From Patescibacteria group bacterium (GTDB lineage: Bacteria > Patescibacteriota > Minisyncoccia > Phycocordibacterales > UBA1550), in assembly GCA_038062675.1 (NCBI GenBank), contig JBBTWP010000001.1, positions 186,059-250,058 on the forward strand: a stretch of 64,000 nt of DNA. The letters run 5' to 3'. Both the position numbers and the translations under genes were made by a program. Numbering within the stretch: the stretch's first letter is position 1; every line of letters starts with the position of its first letter. Below the pieces are notes generated by a model, which did not search any database, was not told the origin of the DNA, and saw nothing but the letters and a program-made list of their open reading frames with translations. Below, piece after piece: positions 48,878 through 58,800 of this stretch.

Positions 48878-49905
48878 TTATGCACAATGTTTTGTAGTTG
48901 ATCATGCACAACTATTTGGTCAGTTTCGATGTCGACCAGATGTTCCTCGTCAACAGGCACAGTTACTGTCACGCCCTTAATCGTGTAGAGCGACTTTCGA
49001 CGAAGCTTGCTTTGAATATCTGAGGTATCTTTCTCGAACCCTTGCAGCGAAACTCGGTTATCGGCAAGGAAGTCCGAGTACAGCTTTTGGTAACTGTCCG
49101 GGATGTAATCCTCTATAAATTTCTTGGGTATAATTTTTGTCTTCTTGGATTTCAGCTCCGACAGGAGATGCTCGTACACATCATTTTTCTCCACCGGATC
49201 AGTAATGTAACTGTTAACGAAATTAACAGTCGCATCAAACCACTTCTGCGTTGCGATACGCGGTTCTTCTGTGGCACGGCATCCCAAAAACCGCATCCAG
49301 AATCGTGCTACATCCGTGCTTCTGGTTACTGAGCGCTGGCTGTCACACGCCGCAGCGCGGAACGTGTTCTCGCCAGTTCTAATAAACAGCGCGGATTTAA
49401 AAAGACGCGTGCCATCGGTAAACACAAGGTTGTCGAGCACGGACATCTCAAACCTCCGTCTACCATCAATTGTGCGCAGCTCAAGGTCGGCACCTTGCTC
49501 GCGCTCCAACTTTAAAATAGCTAGGCTGGCACGGCCGGCGCTGGCGATATCAATGACACATAACAATCCTGGAGACATCTGACCGCCCTGTTGGTCAAAC
49601 AAGTATTGCGCCAGCCGTTGTGACATATCAACGAAGTGCTTGATCGAATGAGACTTAGCTGTGAACTTCCCCACTTCATCGGGAACCGGCGAGCTGGTCT
49701 CAGGAAGAAATTCAGTCTCGTAGGCAGATTTAGACCCTAGCGCCCGCGTTAGTCGATCCTTCAACATACCAGCCCGCGACGAATCAATCTCCGTTTCGGC
49801 ATCGGCCAGGGTTGGTATGTTCGTACCGCCCTTAGAATTGTTTGGTACGTCATGGAAAATGATGTGTCTGATTTTTAGTCTGGCGAGATCGTCGGATGTA
49901 ATCAT
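48874..49905 (-). CDS. YejK/NdpA (37-kDa nucleoid-associated) family protein
   Basis: LKIRHIIFHDV N-terminus, G.L.V...LAILKLE, LFKSALF, FW..FLGC and expected length. Confidence 0.75.
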   Translation of the reverse strand: MITSDDLARLKIRHIIFHDVPNNSKGGTNIPTLADAETEIDSSRAGMLKDRLTRALGSKSAYETEFLPETSSPVPDEVGKFTAKSHSIKHFVDMSQRLAQYLFDQQGGQMSPGLLCVIDIASAGRASLAILKLEREQGADLELRTIDGRRRFEMSVLDNLVFTDGTRLFKSALFIRTGENTFRAAACDSQRSVTRSTDVARFWMRFLGCRATEEPRIATQKWFDATVNFVNSYITDPVEKNDVYEHLLSELKSKKTKIIPKKFIEDYIPDSYQKLYSDFLADNRVSLQGFEKDTSDIQSKLRRKSLYTIKGVTVTVPVDEEHLVDIETDQIVVHDQLQNIVHK

Positions 49906-50135
49906 CTAAACGCTCACTCCCTTTGAGTCAAAAATAGCCTGCATGCCCGGGCCTCATTTATGTGACGCTGTGCCGCAGTGATTATCTTGATTTTTAAAAA
50001 GGCACCGATATTTCAAATGGCACCAAACGACAGGGGGTATTATAGACGCGTTACCCAACTGCGTAGCGCTAAATATGGCACAAATATTACGCACCACACG
50101 TAGTGATCGACACAGTGACTCATAAATTAGCCAAC

Positions 50136-50160
50136 AAAAACCCCGCCATCAGGCGGGGGT
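50136..50160 (-). terminator. terminator after radC
   Basis: CCCCGCC-ATCA-GGCGGGG with A5. Confidence 0.65.
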
Positions 50161-50180
50161 GTGCTTCTCTACTTTTTCCC

Positions 50181-50747
50181 TCACATCAATCCTCGCTCCG
50201 CCATACTCACCACCGCGCTCCCCGTCACCACAAAGTGATCGAGCACGCTCACTTCGACGAGAGCAAGTGCATCCTTGAGCCTCATCGTAAGTGCCGTGTC
50301 TGCGGCACTTGGTTCTGCAACCCCTGAAGGATGGTTATGGGCAAAGATGACACTGGCGGCGTTAAGCGCAAGTGCCCGCTTTACCACTTCGCGCGGATGG
50401 ACGGATGCACCCGCGAGGGTGCCGCGAAAGAGTTCCTCGGCAAGAATGAGATGATGTTGCGTAGTAAGGAAAAGAACAACAAAGACCTCATGTTCTCGTC
50501 CGTGGAGCAATACCTTGAGATACTCCTTAACGGTGTACGGTGAAGAAAAAACGTCTTCACCGTAAAGCTTTTCTTCAAGCGAGAGACGGACGAGTTCCCG
50601 GGCCACCGCAAGTTTCGGTACGTAGTTTTTGCTTCCTTCCTCTGCATAAAGAAGGGTGGTGAGTGAGCCTTGGTACAGCTTCTGTGCTTTCTTCGAACCT
50701 ACAAGAAGGGACAGAAGGTCAAGGTGTGATAGGTGGTGAAATGTCAT
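50181..50747 (-). CDS. radC: RadC-like JAB-domain protein
   Basis: E.F..LFL, VHPREV, HNHPSG..EPS.AD and LDH. Confidence 0.93.
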   Translation of the reverse strand: MTFHHLSHLDLLSLLVGSKKAQKLYQGSLTTLLYAEEGSKNYVPKLAVARELVRLSLEEKLYGEDVFSSPYTVKEYLKVLLHGREHEVFVVLFLTTQHHLILAEELFRGTLAGASVHPREVVKRALALNAASVIFAHNHPSGVAEPSAADTALTMRLKDALALVEVSVLDHFVVTGSAVVSMAERGLM

Positions 50748-51017
50748 ATCGAGCTCCTTTATGTAAAGAACAAACCCGATATACATAATTATCTTTATAT
50801 AGCCCGAAAACACGACGCGAGAATGTGCCGCGTGGACACGCTGCTAATCACTCAAACAGGCGGGTCATAATTCATGAAAATAAGGTGTGACAATGGTGTT
50901 CAATCTGAAAAGGCACAGGAAAAGGCACCTGCAAATTATCAATAAAGAATCGGGGACTATAATTTTGCTCTGTCATAAAATGCTCAATGCTACTAGCGTA
51001 ATGGGGAAGATTTCATC

Positions 51018-52322
51018 GTGGGATATTTTCGGCAACTTACCGAAGCAGCAGATTGGCTAGTCACTCATCAAAATTTGGACGGAGGGTGGGGACTTAGCCC
51101 AAAGCAAGCTTCGTCAGTGGTAAATACGGCTGAATCAATATTTATTCTCGTAGAGGCAAACCACCTATGCGGTACTCATTACTCTGACCAGATTTTGAAG
51201 GGGTTTGAATTCATTTGGCGGCAACTACTAGAACAACTTGAAAAATATCCAAGAACTCGCTATGTCCAATTTGCGCTATGGAATTTCCCAAACCCAATAG
51301 TTGATTATCCAGGGGAGGTAAAGCGATACACTGAATGGCTTTTGGGCGCGCAAAATGATGATGGTGGCTGGGGGCACCACTCCAAGGACGGACAGTCCTC
51401 ACTCTTCCCGTCGGTACTTTCTTTGCTGGTATTGAATCGCCTCGGCACACTCACGAAAGAGAGTCGTGCAAAGGGCATTTCTTGGCTGCTTTCCAAAAGG
51501 GACGGGAAGGGGCTATGGGGATTTGTCTCTGGTCAACAAAGCAAAGTTGCAACCGCACAAGCTGTTCATGCTCTAGTAAATAACAAATATGAGATTGACG
51601 ATAGTGCAGTAAAAAATCTGATCGACTTTTTAAGTTCAGACTTGGATTGGGGTGTGGAAATTGAAAATGTGCCAGGGACAAAATGGGAGCATTCAAAAGT
51701 ACTGTGGATCGTGCCAAGCCTTCTTCTGCTTGGAACTGAGCCATATGAACATGTCATAGCCGACGCTGTTCGTAAAGTTAACACTCTACGGTATGAGAAT
51801 GGATGGAAAGAGCCCGATGGAGCAGAGACAATCCGCGGTCAGTTCTGGATTACAAGTATGTACGCCAAACTACATAAGGCTTTCGATCCAGCCATCGTGA
51901 CTTACAGAATTGAGTCAGCCTTATCAATCCAAAAACAAAAATACCTAGAGCCGGAGTATGTTCACCTCTTGCCCTCATCCAAATATTTTAGATTTGTGTT
52001 TCATTCACGCTGGTATCGCATAGCGACATATTTCTGTTTTTTCAGCAGCTTTTGTATACTGTTCCTTGTACCAACAATTGATTTGACCATTAAGAGATCG
52101 GCAATCGTTAGTGCATTATCAGTCCTAACCGTGAGCTTGTTTGCATCCTCGCTCATTCTTATAAAGAAACGAAAATCTTTTTTCCCTCCTTGGATAAGCA
52201 AAGGAATATTTCCGATTATTATAGGGATTATTATAGTCTTCGAGATTGTGAGTGCTGCGTTAGGAATAAGCGTACAGGATATTTATAAAATATTGTTAAC
52301 ACCCGCAATAACTTCCAAATAA
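51018..52322 (+). CDS. prenyltransferase/squalene-cyclase-repeat protein with C-terminal TM helices
   Basis: WLVTHQNLDGGWG, WLLGAQNDDGGWG and WLLSKRDGKGLWG repeats; about 3 TMs at the C-terminus. Confidence 0.82.
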   Translation: MGYFRQLTEAADWLVTHQNLDGGWGLSPKQASSVVNTAESIFILVEANHLCGTHYSDQILKGFEFIWRQLLEQLEKYPRTRYVQFALWNFPNPIVDYPGEVKRYTEWLLGAQNDDGGWGHHSKDGQSSLFPSVLSLLVLNRLGTLTKESRAKGISWLLSKRDGKGLWGFVSGQQSKVATAQAVHALVNNKYEIDDSAVKNLIDFLSSDLDWGVEIENVPGTKWEHSKVLWIVPSLLLLGTEPYEHVIADAVRKVNTLRYENGWKEPDGAETIRGQFWITSMYAKLHKAFDPAIVTYRIESALSIQKQKYLEPEYVHLLPSSKYFRFVFHSRWYRIATYFCFFSSFCILFLVPTIDLTIKRSAIVSALSVLTVSLFASSLILIKKRKSFFPPWISKGIFPIIIGIIIVFEIVSAALGISVQDIYKILLTPAITSK

Positions 52323-52324
52323 TT

Positions 52325-52735
52325 ATGCAGTACATGTACAAAATAGGACTTGCACACATAAGAAACAACAGATTACTTTTGTGCCGTCCATTCGCATTTG
52401 ACCCCCTGATTCTTCCAGGCGGTTTGAAAAAAACAGGGGAATCACCGGTTGAAAATCTGATGCGGCAGATCGTCGAAGAGCTTGGCGGAGGGGCTCATTT
52501 GGAAACCAGTTCTCTCCGTTACTTGGGTAATTTCTCAGATTTTGCGGCTGGCAAAACAGAAAGGATTGTAGAGATTGAACTATATAGCGGGGAGTTGTCA
52601 GGAACTCTTGTAGCTTCTTCTGAGATACAGGAACTCAAGTGGTTCTCACCAACAGATGATTGGGAAACGCTTTCCCCCATAATTAAAAACAAGATACTTC
52701 CGTTCCTCATACAGAATGGTTCTTTATTGAAATAA
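52325..52735 (+). CDS. NUDIX domain protein
   Basis: PGG...GES...L.RQ..EELG Nudix box and SEI..L.W. Confidence 0.88.
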   Translation: MQYMYKIGLAHIRNNRLLLCRPFAFDPLILPGGLKKTGESPVENLMRQIVEELGGGAHLETSSLRYLGNFSDFAAGKTERIVEIELYSGELSGTLVASSEIQELKWFSPTDDWETLSPIIKNKILPFLIQNGSLLK

Positions 52736-52813
52736 TACGAGTTGCTCGCGTCAAACACGACGTGAGAATGCGCCATGTGGACACACTGCATTGTTCCCGA
52801 AAAACGCGAACAC

Positions 52814-52839
52814 AAAAAACCCGGCCTTCCGACCGGGTT
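52814..52839 (-). terminator. terminator after ardC
   Basis: AACCCGG...CCGGGTT with A6. Confidence 0.6.
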
Positions 52840-52849
52840 CTACAACTTC

Positions 52850-53767
52850 CTATGCGCACTGATCCGCACTACTCTTTTCCAACGCAACCTCCTTCAGATA
52901 TCGACAAGCGACCTGAGCTGCACTTGATGCGGTAAAGATTGCCGTCTTCTCTTGGTGGAGCACCGTAAGCCAGCTTCTCACGTAGAACGCATGGTCACGC
53001 CGTGGATGCAGATAGATGCCAAGATCAGCACAAAGAAATGCCGCGCCGAGCTCTGCCACCAACTCTTCCATGGCATAGGCAAAGGTACCGAAGCGACCCG
53101 AAAGATCACGGTTCAAGCGCTTGGGGTGTCCCGACCAATGCACATGTTCATGGAGCAGCACCGAGTAGAAGGACTCAGTTGCCGAGCTTGTTTCCGTGCC
53201 CACGAATTGCCGACGCTCCGGCATACTGATACGGTCAAAAGCTCTGCTGTAAGCCGCGATGTCACCGCCATAGAGCACTTCCGCACCAAGCGACGAGATG
53301 AACGTATCTACGGTCTCCAATTGCTGTGTGCGGTCTTCTGGCAGTTCCTCTGCCTTCTGCCAGCCGTCTACTTGTTCCGCATTGAATACGGAGGAGCTGC
53401 GCATAATGGGAGGAAGCTTGGGGGTGTTGTCATTATGTGGCTCGTCTTCACCTTCTGCTTCCCTCTGTTTGAAGTAGATGATGGGTGAGGCTTTTTCTCC
53501 CCGCCTGACCTGAGCGCCGAGTTCGCTCCACTGACGGTAGGTGGCAAAGTAGGGTGATGTGTAACCGCGCAGTTGGCACGTAACCCATAATGCGAGGGTA
53601 TTAACCCCGTGGTAATGGTTGTGGGTGAGTGCATTCCGTGGCATGCCTCCGGCACGTTGGTGCCACGGCATAACATACTCTTCCCCGCTCGCTTCAATGG
53701 CCTTGATGATTTCATCGGTTATGCGGGCATGTACATCTCCCCGCTCAAAAGAACGTTCCGCTTTCAT
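52850..53767 (-). CDS. ardC: ArdC family ssDNA-binding antirestriction protein (DUF1738 + zincin-like)
   Basis: PW, Y.G.N, TYRQW...G.QVR.GEK, VFNAEQ, HE..HWSG and YA.EELVAE. Confidence 0.93.
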   Translation of the reverse strand: MKAERSFERGDVHARITDEIIKAIEASGEEYVMPWHQRAGGMPRNALTHNHYHGVNTLALWVTCQLRGYTSPYFATYRQWSELGAQVRRGEKASPIIYFKQREAEGEDEPHNDNTPKLPPIMRSSSVFNAEQVDGWQKAEELPEDRTQQLETVDTFISSLGAEVLYGGDIAAYSRAFDRISMPERRQFVGTETSSATESFYSVLLHEHVHWSGHPKRLNRDLSGRFGTFAYAMEELVAELGAAFLCADLGIYLHPRRDHAFYVRSWLTVLHQEKTAIFTASSAAQVACRYLKEVALEKSSADQCA

Positions 53768-54031
53768 ATCTGTCTCCTTGTCACGCCAGGAACACCGGGG
53801 ATTCGGTGCTCCAAAGTGACAACGAGAGAAATGCGGTTTCCTACTTCATCATCGCCCAACGGGTGAGCGCCGGCACGACGTGGGAATGTGCCGCGTGGAC
53901 ACGCTACTATTTGTTCAATCAGGCAGGTCGTAATTCATGAAGTGCAATCTTTCCGCACGACGCGAAAAGTGTCTGTAAGGACATGGCTTCCGTGCCGTGT
54001 ATTCCCCTGTGTACTAGGTATGCTTTCTTTC

Positions 54032-55216
54032 ATGAAGAAGCATGTACCCATCTCGTATTTCGGAGTAACCAACGGACGGAAGAAGCTGCGGTTCGGTATC
54101 AAAGAGCGCGACCGGCTTTTTCACCTGTACGCCATTGGCAAGACCGGTACCGGAAAATCGACACTTCTGGAAACGCTGGCGCGTCAGGATATACGGCACG
54201 GGCACGGTCTGTGTGTCATTGACCCCCACGGTGATTTGGCAGAGCGGCTGGTAGCGTATGCGATGGGTGTGCGCCGAGGTGACCTCATCTACCTTGATGC
54301 TGCGGACATCACTCAGCCGTACGGATACAACCCACTACGGCGTGTGCGAAAAGACAAAGTACCACTTGCAGTGTCAGGCCTTCTTGAGGCATTCAAGAAG
54401 CTGTTTGACGATGCGTGGGGAGTGCGTATGGAGCACATATTTCGGAACACGCTCTATGCCTTGATCGAGTATGGCAACGCGACGCTCCCCGATGTGCTCC
54501 GCATGGTATCTGATGCCAAATTCCAGAGGGACGTGCTCAAACACGTGGAGAATGTACAGGTGCGGAAATTCTGGGAAGAGGAATTTCCGCACTACAATCC
54601 GCGCTACCGGCAGGAGATGATCTCCCCCATTCAGAACAAAATCGGTGCCTTCTTGGCCGACCCCCGACTCCATCGAATATTCACGGAACCACCGGTTGAC
54701 CTCCACTTCCGCCACATCATGGATACGGGAAAAATCCTCATCGTTAATCTCGCCAAAGGGCGGTTGGGGGACGACAGTGCGAATTTGTTGGGAGCCTTAC
54801 TCGTTACCACGCTCAGTCTTGCTGGGTGGTCCCGGAGTGAGATTCCCGAACGAGAACGTCGCAACTTTTTTGTGTATCTCGATGAGTTTCAAACCTTCAC
54901 CACGCTTTCCGTGACGAATGCGGTTTCTGAACTGCGGAAGTACGCTCTGGGGTTCGTGCTTGCCAACCAACACCTCCACCAGCTCACCGAGGACGTGCGG
55001 CATGCGGTGCTCGGGAATGTCGGTACCATCATCACCTTCCGTGTGGGGCCGGAGGATGCACGCATTCTTGCGCGTGAATTTAGTCCGGTGTTTTCCCCTG
55101 AAGACTTGTCGAGCCTTCCCAACCACGACATCTACGTGAAGCTCATGATCGACGGTGCGCCGGGGAGGCCGTTCAGTGCGACAACGCTCCATCCCCAAAA
55201 CCAAGAAGCATCTTGA
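54032..55216 (+). CDS. VirD4/TraD-like coupling-protein ATPase (short)
   Basis: GKTGTGKS, IDPHGDL, YLDEFQ, SE.RKY and ANQ motifs. Confidence 0.88.
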   Translation: MKKHVPISYFGVTNGRKKLRFGIKERDRLFHLYAIGKTGTGKSTLLETLARQDIRHGHGLCVIDPHGDLAERLVAYAMGVRRGDLIYLDAADITQPYGYNPLRRVRKDKVPLAVSGLLEAFKKLFDDAWGVRMEHIFRNTLYALIEYGNATLPDVLRMVSDAKFQRDVLKHVENVQVRKFWEEEFPHYNPRYRQEMISPIQNKIGAFLADPRLHRIFTEPPVDLHFRHIMDTGKILIVNLAKGRLGDDSANLLGALLVTTLSLAGWSRSEIPERERRNFFVYLDEFQTFTTLSVTNAVSELRKYALGFVLANQHLHQLTEDVRHAVLGNVGTIITFRVGPEDARILAREFSPVFSPEDLSSLPNHDIYVKLMIDGAPGRPFSATTLHPQNQEAS

Positions 55217-55277
55217 GGGATATGGCATGAGGGAGTCTAATGCAAAGCTTCGCAAACGATCATGAGGGGAGAACATC

Positions 55278-55784
55278 ATGGGAAAGGTCGTACCGGAAAC
55301 CATCCTTTCGCATTGGAACACTATGGTCCAGGGGATGAAGCATTCGTCGAAGAGCTTCTATGATTCTGTTGAGCAAATCTTGGGTGCCCACCATCTTGAA
55401 CATATCAAGATTGAGCGTGTGAATCTTTTCGAGGGCAGTATTCTGTCCGCGAAACGCGAGTATCTGCAAATAAGGCGAGAAGCGTTGGTGTTTCATATCT
55501 GTGCCGCACCGTTCGGCAACGGCTTCTTTGTTTCGTGGTGGCTGGGAGAACGGGAAAAAGGATTCTTTGCACTCTTGGCGCGTATTCCCGTTATTGGTTT
55601 TTTCCTCCGCTCTGTACTGAAGCCTCTTACCTACTACAAATTTGATACCACAGGCATGTTTCAGTCGGTAACCCACGCGGCGGTGCTCGAAACGCTGGAT
55701 GCCGTGGTGAATGCGCAGGGCATACGGGCACTGTCCGACCTTGACCGGAAGCCGATCATGCGTGATTTCTTCGGGCGTACGTAG
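55278..55784 (+). CDS. hypothetical protein between the two ATPases
   Basis: GAGGGAG SD, co-oriented, one hydrophobic segment. Confidence 0.75.
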   Translation: MGKVVPETILSHWNTMVQGMKHSSKSFYDSVEQILGAHHLEHIKIERVNLFEGSILSAKREYLQIRREALVFHICAAPFGNGFFVSWWLGEREKGFFALLARIPVIGFFLRSVLKPLTYYKFDTTGMFQSVTHAAVLETLDAVVNAQGIRALSDLDRKPIMRDFFGRT

Positions 55785-55801
55785 CGCTTCGTGAGTCTCT
55801 C

Positions 55802-58800
55802 GTGACACGCCCCCTTGCAGAGCGCATTACCGAAAGCTTCTACGCATGGGAATTGCGGGGACGTGGGTGGTCCCTTTCCGATTACCCGGTATCCCTTGAG
55901 CCGCCCTACCGACCAATCTTTTTGCTTCCTTCGCAAGGTAATGACGGCGTGTGTGACGACGGGAAACGGCCAACATTTCTTTCCTCGCTCGCGTTGGTGA
56001 CAAAGAATATTTGGAAGAGCGGCAATCATCCCTTTCCAGCTCTTCCCGCTCCACCCTTCGAGGAAATGCTGCCATTCCCCGCTCCCCCGTCCAGTGAGCG
56101 TGCAACACTTACGATACGGGTACCGGCGGATTTCGCGGCACAGGTCGAGGTTGCACAAAAGCTTCTGCTTACACTCTCGACCGCGCTTCAACCTCTTTGC
56201 TTTGAAATTGTAGGTCGGTACAAATCTGTGGTGTTTCAAATTACCTGCGCCGCATCTGACACGACCCACGTCATTGAAACCATCCGTGGATATGTCCCCG
56301 ATGCGGTCGTTACCGAAGAATCCGATATTTTGGTGGACGCGTGGGATATCAGAGAAGAGGGCGCCGTTATTGACTTCGGCCTGTCCCACGAATTCTTTCT
56401 GCCGCTTCAAGCCGTCAATTCCTTCACCATTGATCCATACATTCCCCTCGTTGGAGCGCTCGGGCAGATGGGTGCAGACGAGTTGGGCTGCGTTCAAATA
56501 CTCTTCGCGCGGGTCAGGAACCCATGGGCAGAAAGTGCCAGAGATGCGGTGAATGACGGCAAAGGCGGGTGCATTTTTGCCGACGCGCCAGAATTTGTGA
56601 AGCTCACGCGCGAGAAAACGGAAACGCCGCTCTTTGCGGTAGTGATTCGTATTGCAGCACAAGGAATGGCACCAGAACGGGCATGGAGTATTGCGCGTTC
56701 TCTCGGAAGCTTCTTTCTTCAATTCGCACGCTCGGGCAGCAATGAACTCATACCGCTCGACAATGACGCATACCCCGACGAACTGCATACGCAAGCGCTC
56801 CTTGCACGCGAGAGCTACCGCACGGGAATGATTCTTTCCCTTCCAGAACTCTCCGGGTTGGTGCACTTCCCTGACGCATCCGTTCTCCATGAAGCGCTTC
56901 ACCGTGAACGTAAATCCACCAAAGCACTTCCCGAGGTAGCGCTCGGTCATCATTTGATTCTGGGAGAAAATATACACCGGGGTATTTGCACGCCGGCGAC
57001 ACTGGGGACTAGTGACCGGCTCCAACATGTACATGTGATTGGTGCTTCGGGTACCGGGAAATCTACGCTTCTCCTCAACCTCATCGAGCAGGATATTGCA
57101 AAGGGTGAAGGTGTCGCTGTCTTTGACCCCCATGGAGACTTGATCGAAGAAATTCTTGCGCGTGTTCCCGAGGAACGTACTCACGACGTGGTGGTATTTG
57201 ATCCCGGTGATGAAGCGTGGCCCATGGGATTCAATGTACTGTCTGCAACCAGTGAAATTGAAAAGAACCTCATTGCATCCGACATGGTGGGCATCTTCAA
57301 ACGCTTAGCGACAAGCTGGGGCGACACTATGAGCGCAGTGTTGGGGAATGCGGTGCTTGCCATGCTCGAAGGTAAGCAGGGCGGAACGCTTCTCGATCTG
57401 CGGCGTTTTCTCCTTGATGACATGTTTCGGAAGCGGTTTCTCGCCGAGATTGCTGATGAGGAAATCCGTTTCTTCTGGCACAAGGAATACCCGCTCATCG
57501 GTTCCCGCTCCATTGGGCCGATCCTCACCAGATTGAACGCATTCCTTCGCGCCAAGCTCATCCGTAACATTGTGGGGCAGAAGGGTGGCACGCTCGATAT
57601 TTCAAAAATCATGAACGTGCGCAAGGTGCTCTTGGTTAAACTTTCTCATGGCATCATCGGTGAAGAGAACGCGCACCTTCTGGGAAGCTTACTCGTGAGC
57701 AAATTCCACCAGTCGGCGCTCCTCCGACAACAGGTAGCTAAAGACTCGCGCAGTCCGTATTTTCTTTACCTTGATGAATTTCAGCACTTCGTCACGCCTT
57801 CAATGTCATCCCTCCTTACCGACTCACGGAAATATGCATTGGGGCTTACCTTGGCGCATCAGACGCTTGCACAGCTTGATGATTCTCCTGTGAAGAGTGC
57901 GGTCCTTGGCAATGCGCATACGCGCATCGTGTTTCGGGTTGATTACGCTGATGTGGCGACCCTTGCACGCGGGTTTGCTTCCTTTGATGCAGAGGATGTG
58001 CAGAACCTGTCGCGGGGGGAGGCGGTGGTCCGAATGGGGCGTGCGGAGAACGACTTTAATCTGCACACGTTCCCCGCGACGCATATTGAACAAGATGTGG
58101 CACGAGCACGGAGCGCATCCGTTATTGCACATTCACGAGAGATGTTTGCGACACCGCGTGCCGTACTCGAAGAAGGGTTCCGTACAGCACAGGAGCCGCA
58201 GGAAGCGGCGGTGGTTGGTGCGGTAACAGTTGCAGAAGAAAAACGAGAGGCGACGCAAAAGGAAAAAGCACTTGCCACCCGTAAACGCGAAATCACTCCT
58301 CCTGTTCTACCACCATCTCCACCAACTCTCCGGGCACACCCCATTCCCCCACCGGAACCGTCACCCCTTGGCCGGGGCGGGCAGGAACATAAGTACCTTC
58401 AACATCTGGTGAAGCGATTAGGTGAGGAGCGGGGGTTTCGCGCAATCATTGAAGAACAGGTGCCGAATGGCCAGGTTGACGTGGTGCTCCGCAAAGAATC
58501 GTTGGTGATTGCTTGTGAAATTTCAATCACCACGAACGTCGATCACGAAGTCGAGAATATCCAAAAATGTCTGGCTTCAGGGTTTACTAAAATTCTCTTC
58601 ATTACGCCCGATGCAAAGCGGCGCGAAAAAGTCGGAAAAAAGCTGAAGGAGGTTCCGAATGGAACACTTGTTGACCTATTGGGACCGGAAGACATTTTGC
58701 CTACTTTGGATCGGCTTGATACCATGACGCCGACCCAAACAACAGTGCGGGGTTACAAGGTGAAAGTGACACGGCAAACGCTCTCCCCCGCAGATGTTGC

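Larger units (their letters stand above)
50811..53985 (+). repeat. four dispersed ~30-bp direct repeats CACGACG(N16)GGACA
   Basis: copies start at 50811, 52756, 53874 and (degenerate) 53956; copies 1 and 3 share a further ~35 bp ending TAATTCATGAA. Confidence 0.85.

Noticed and set aside
51018-52322. Squalene-hopene cyclase call
   Set aside because: Too short, with a single barrel, no DxDD motif and C-terminal TM helices.
53888-54031. GTG-start extension of the short ATPase
   Set aside because: It runs through the non-coding direct repeats; MKKHVP at 54032 is the more plausible start.
55661-57184. 507-aa minus-strand ORF
   Set aside because: Antisense shadow of the large ATPase gene, with no recognisable motifs.
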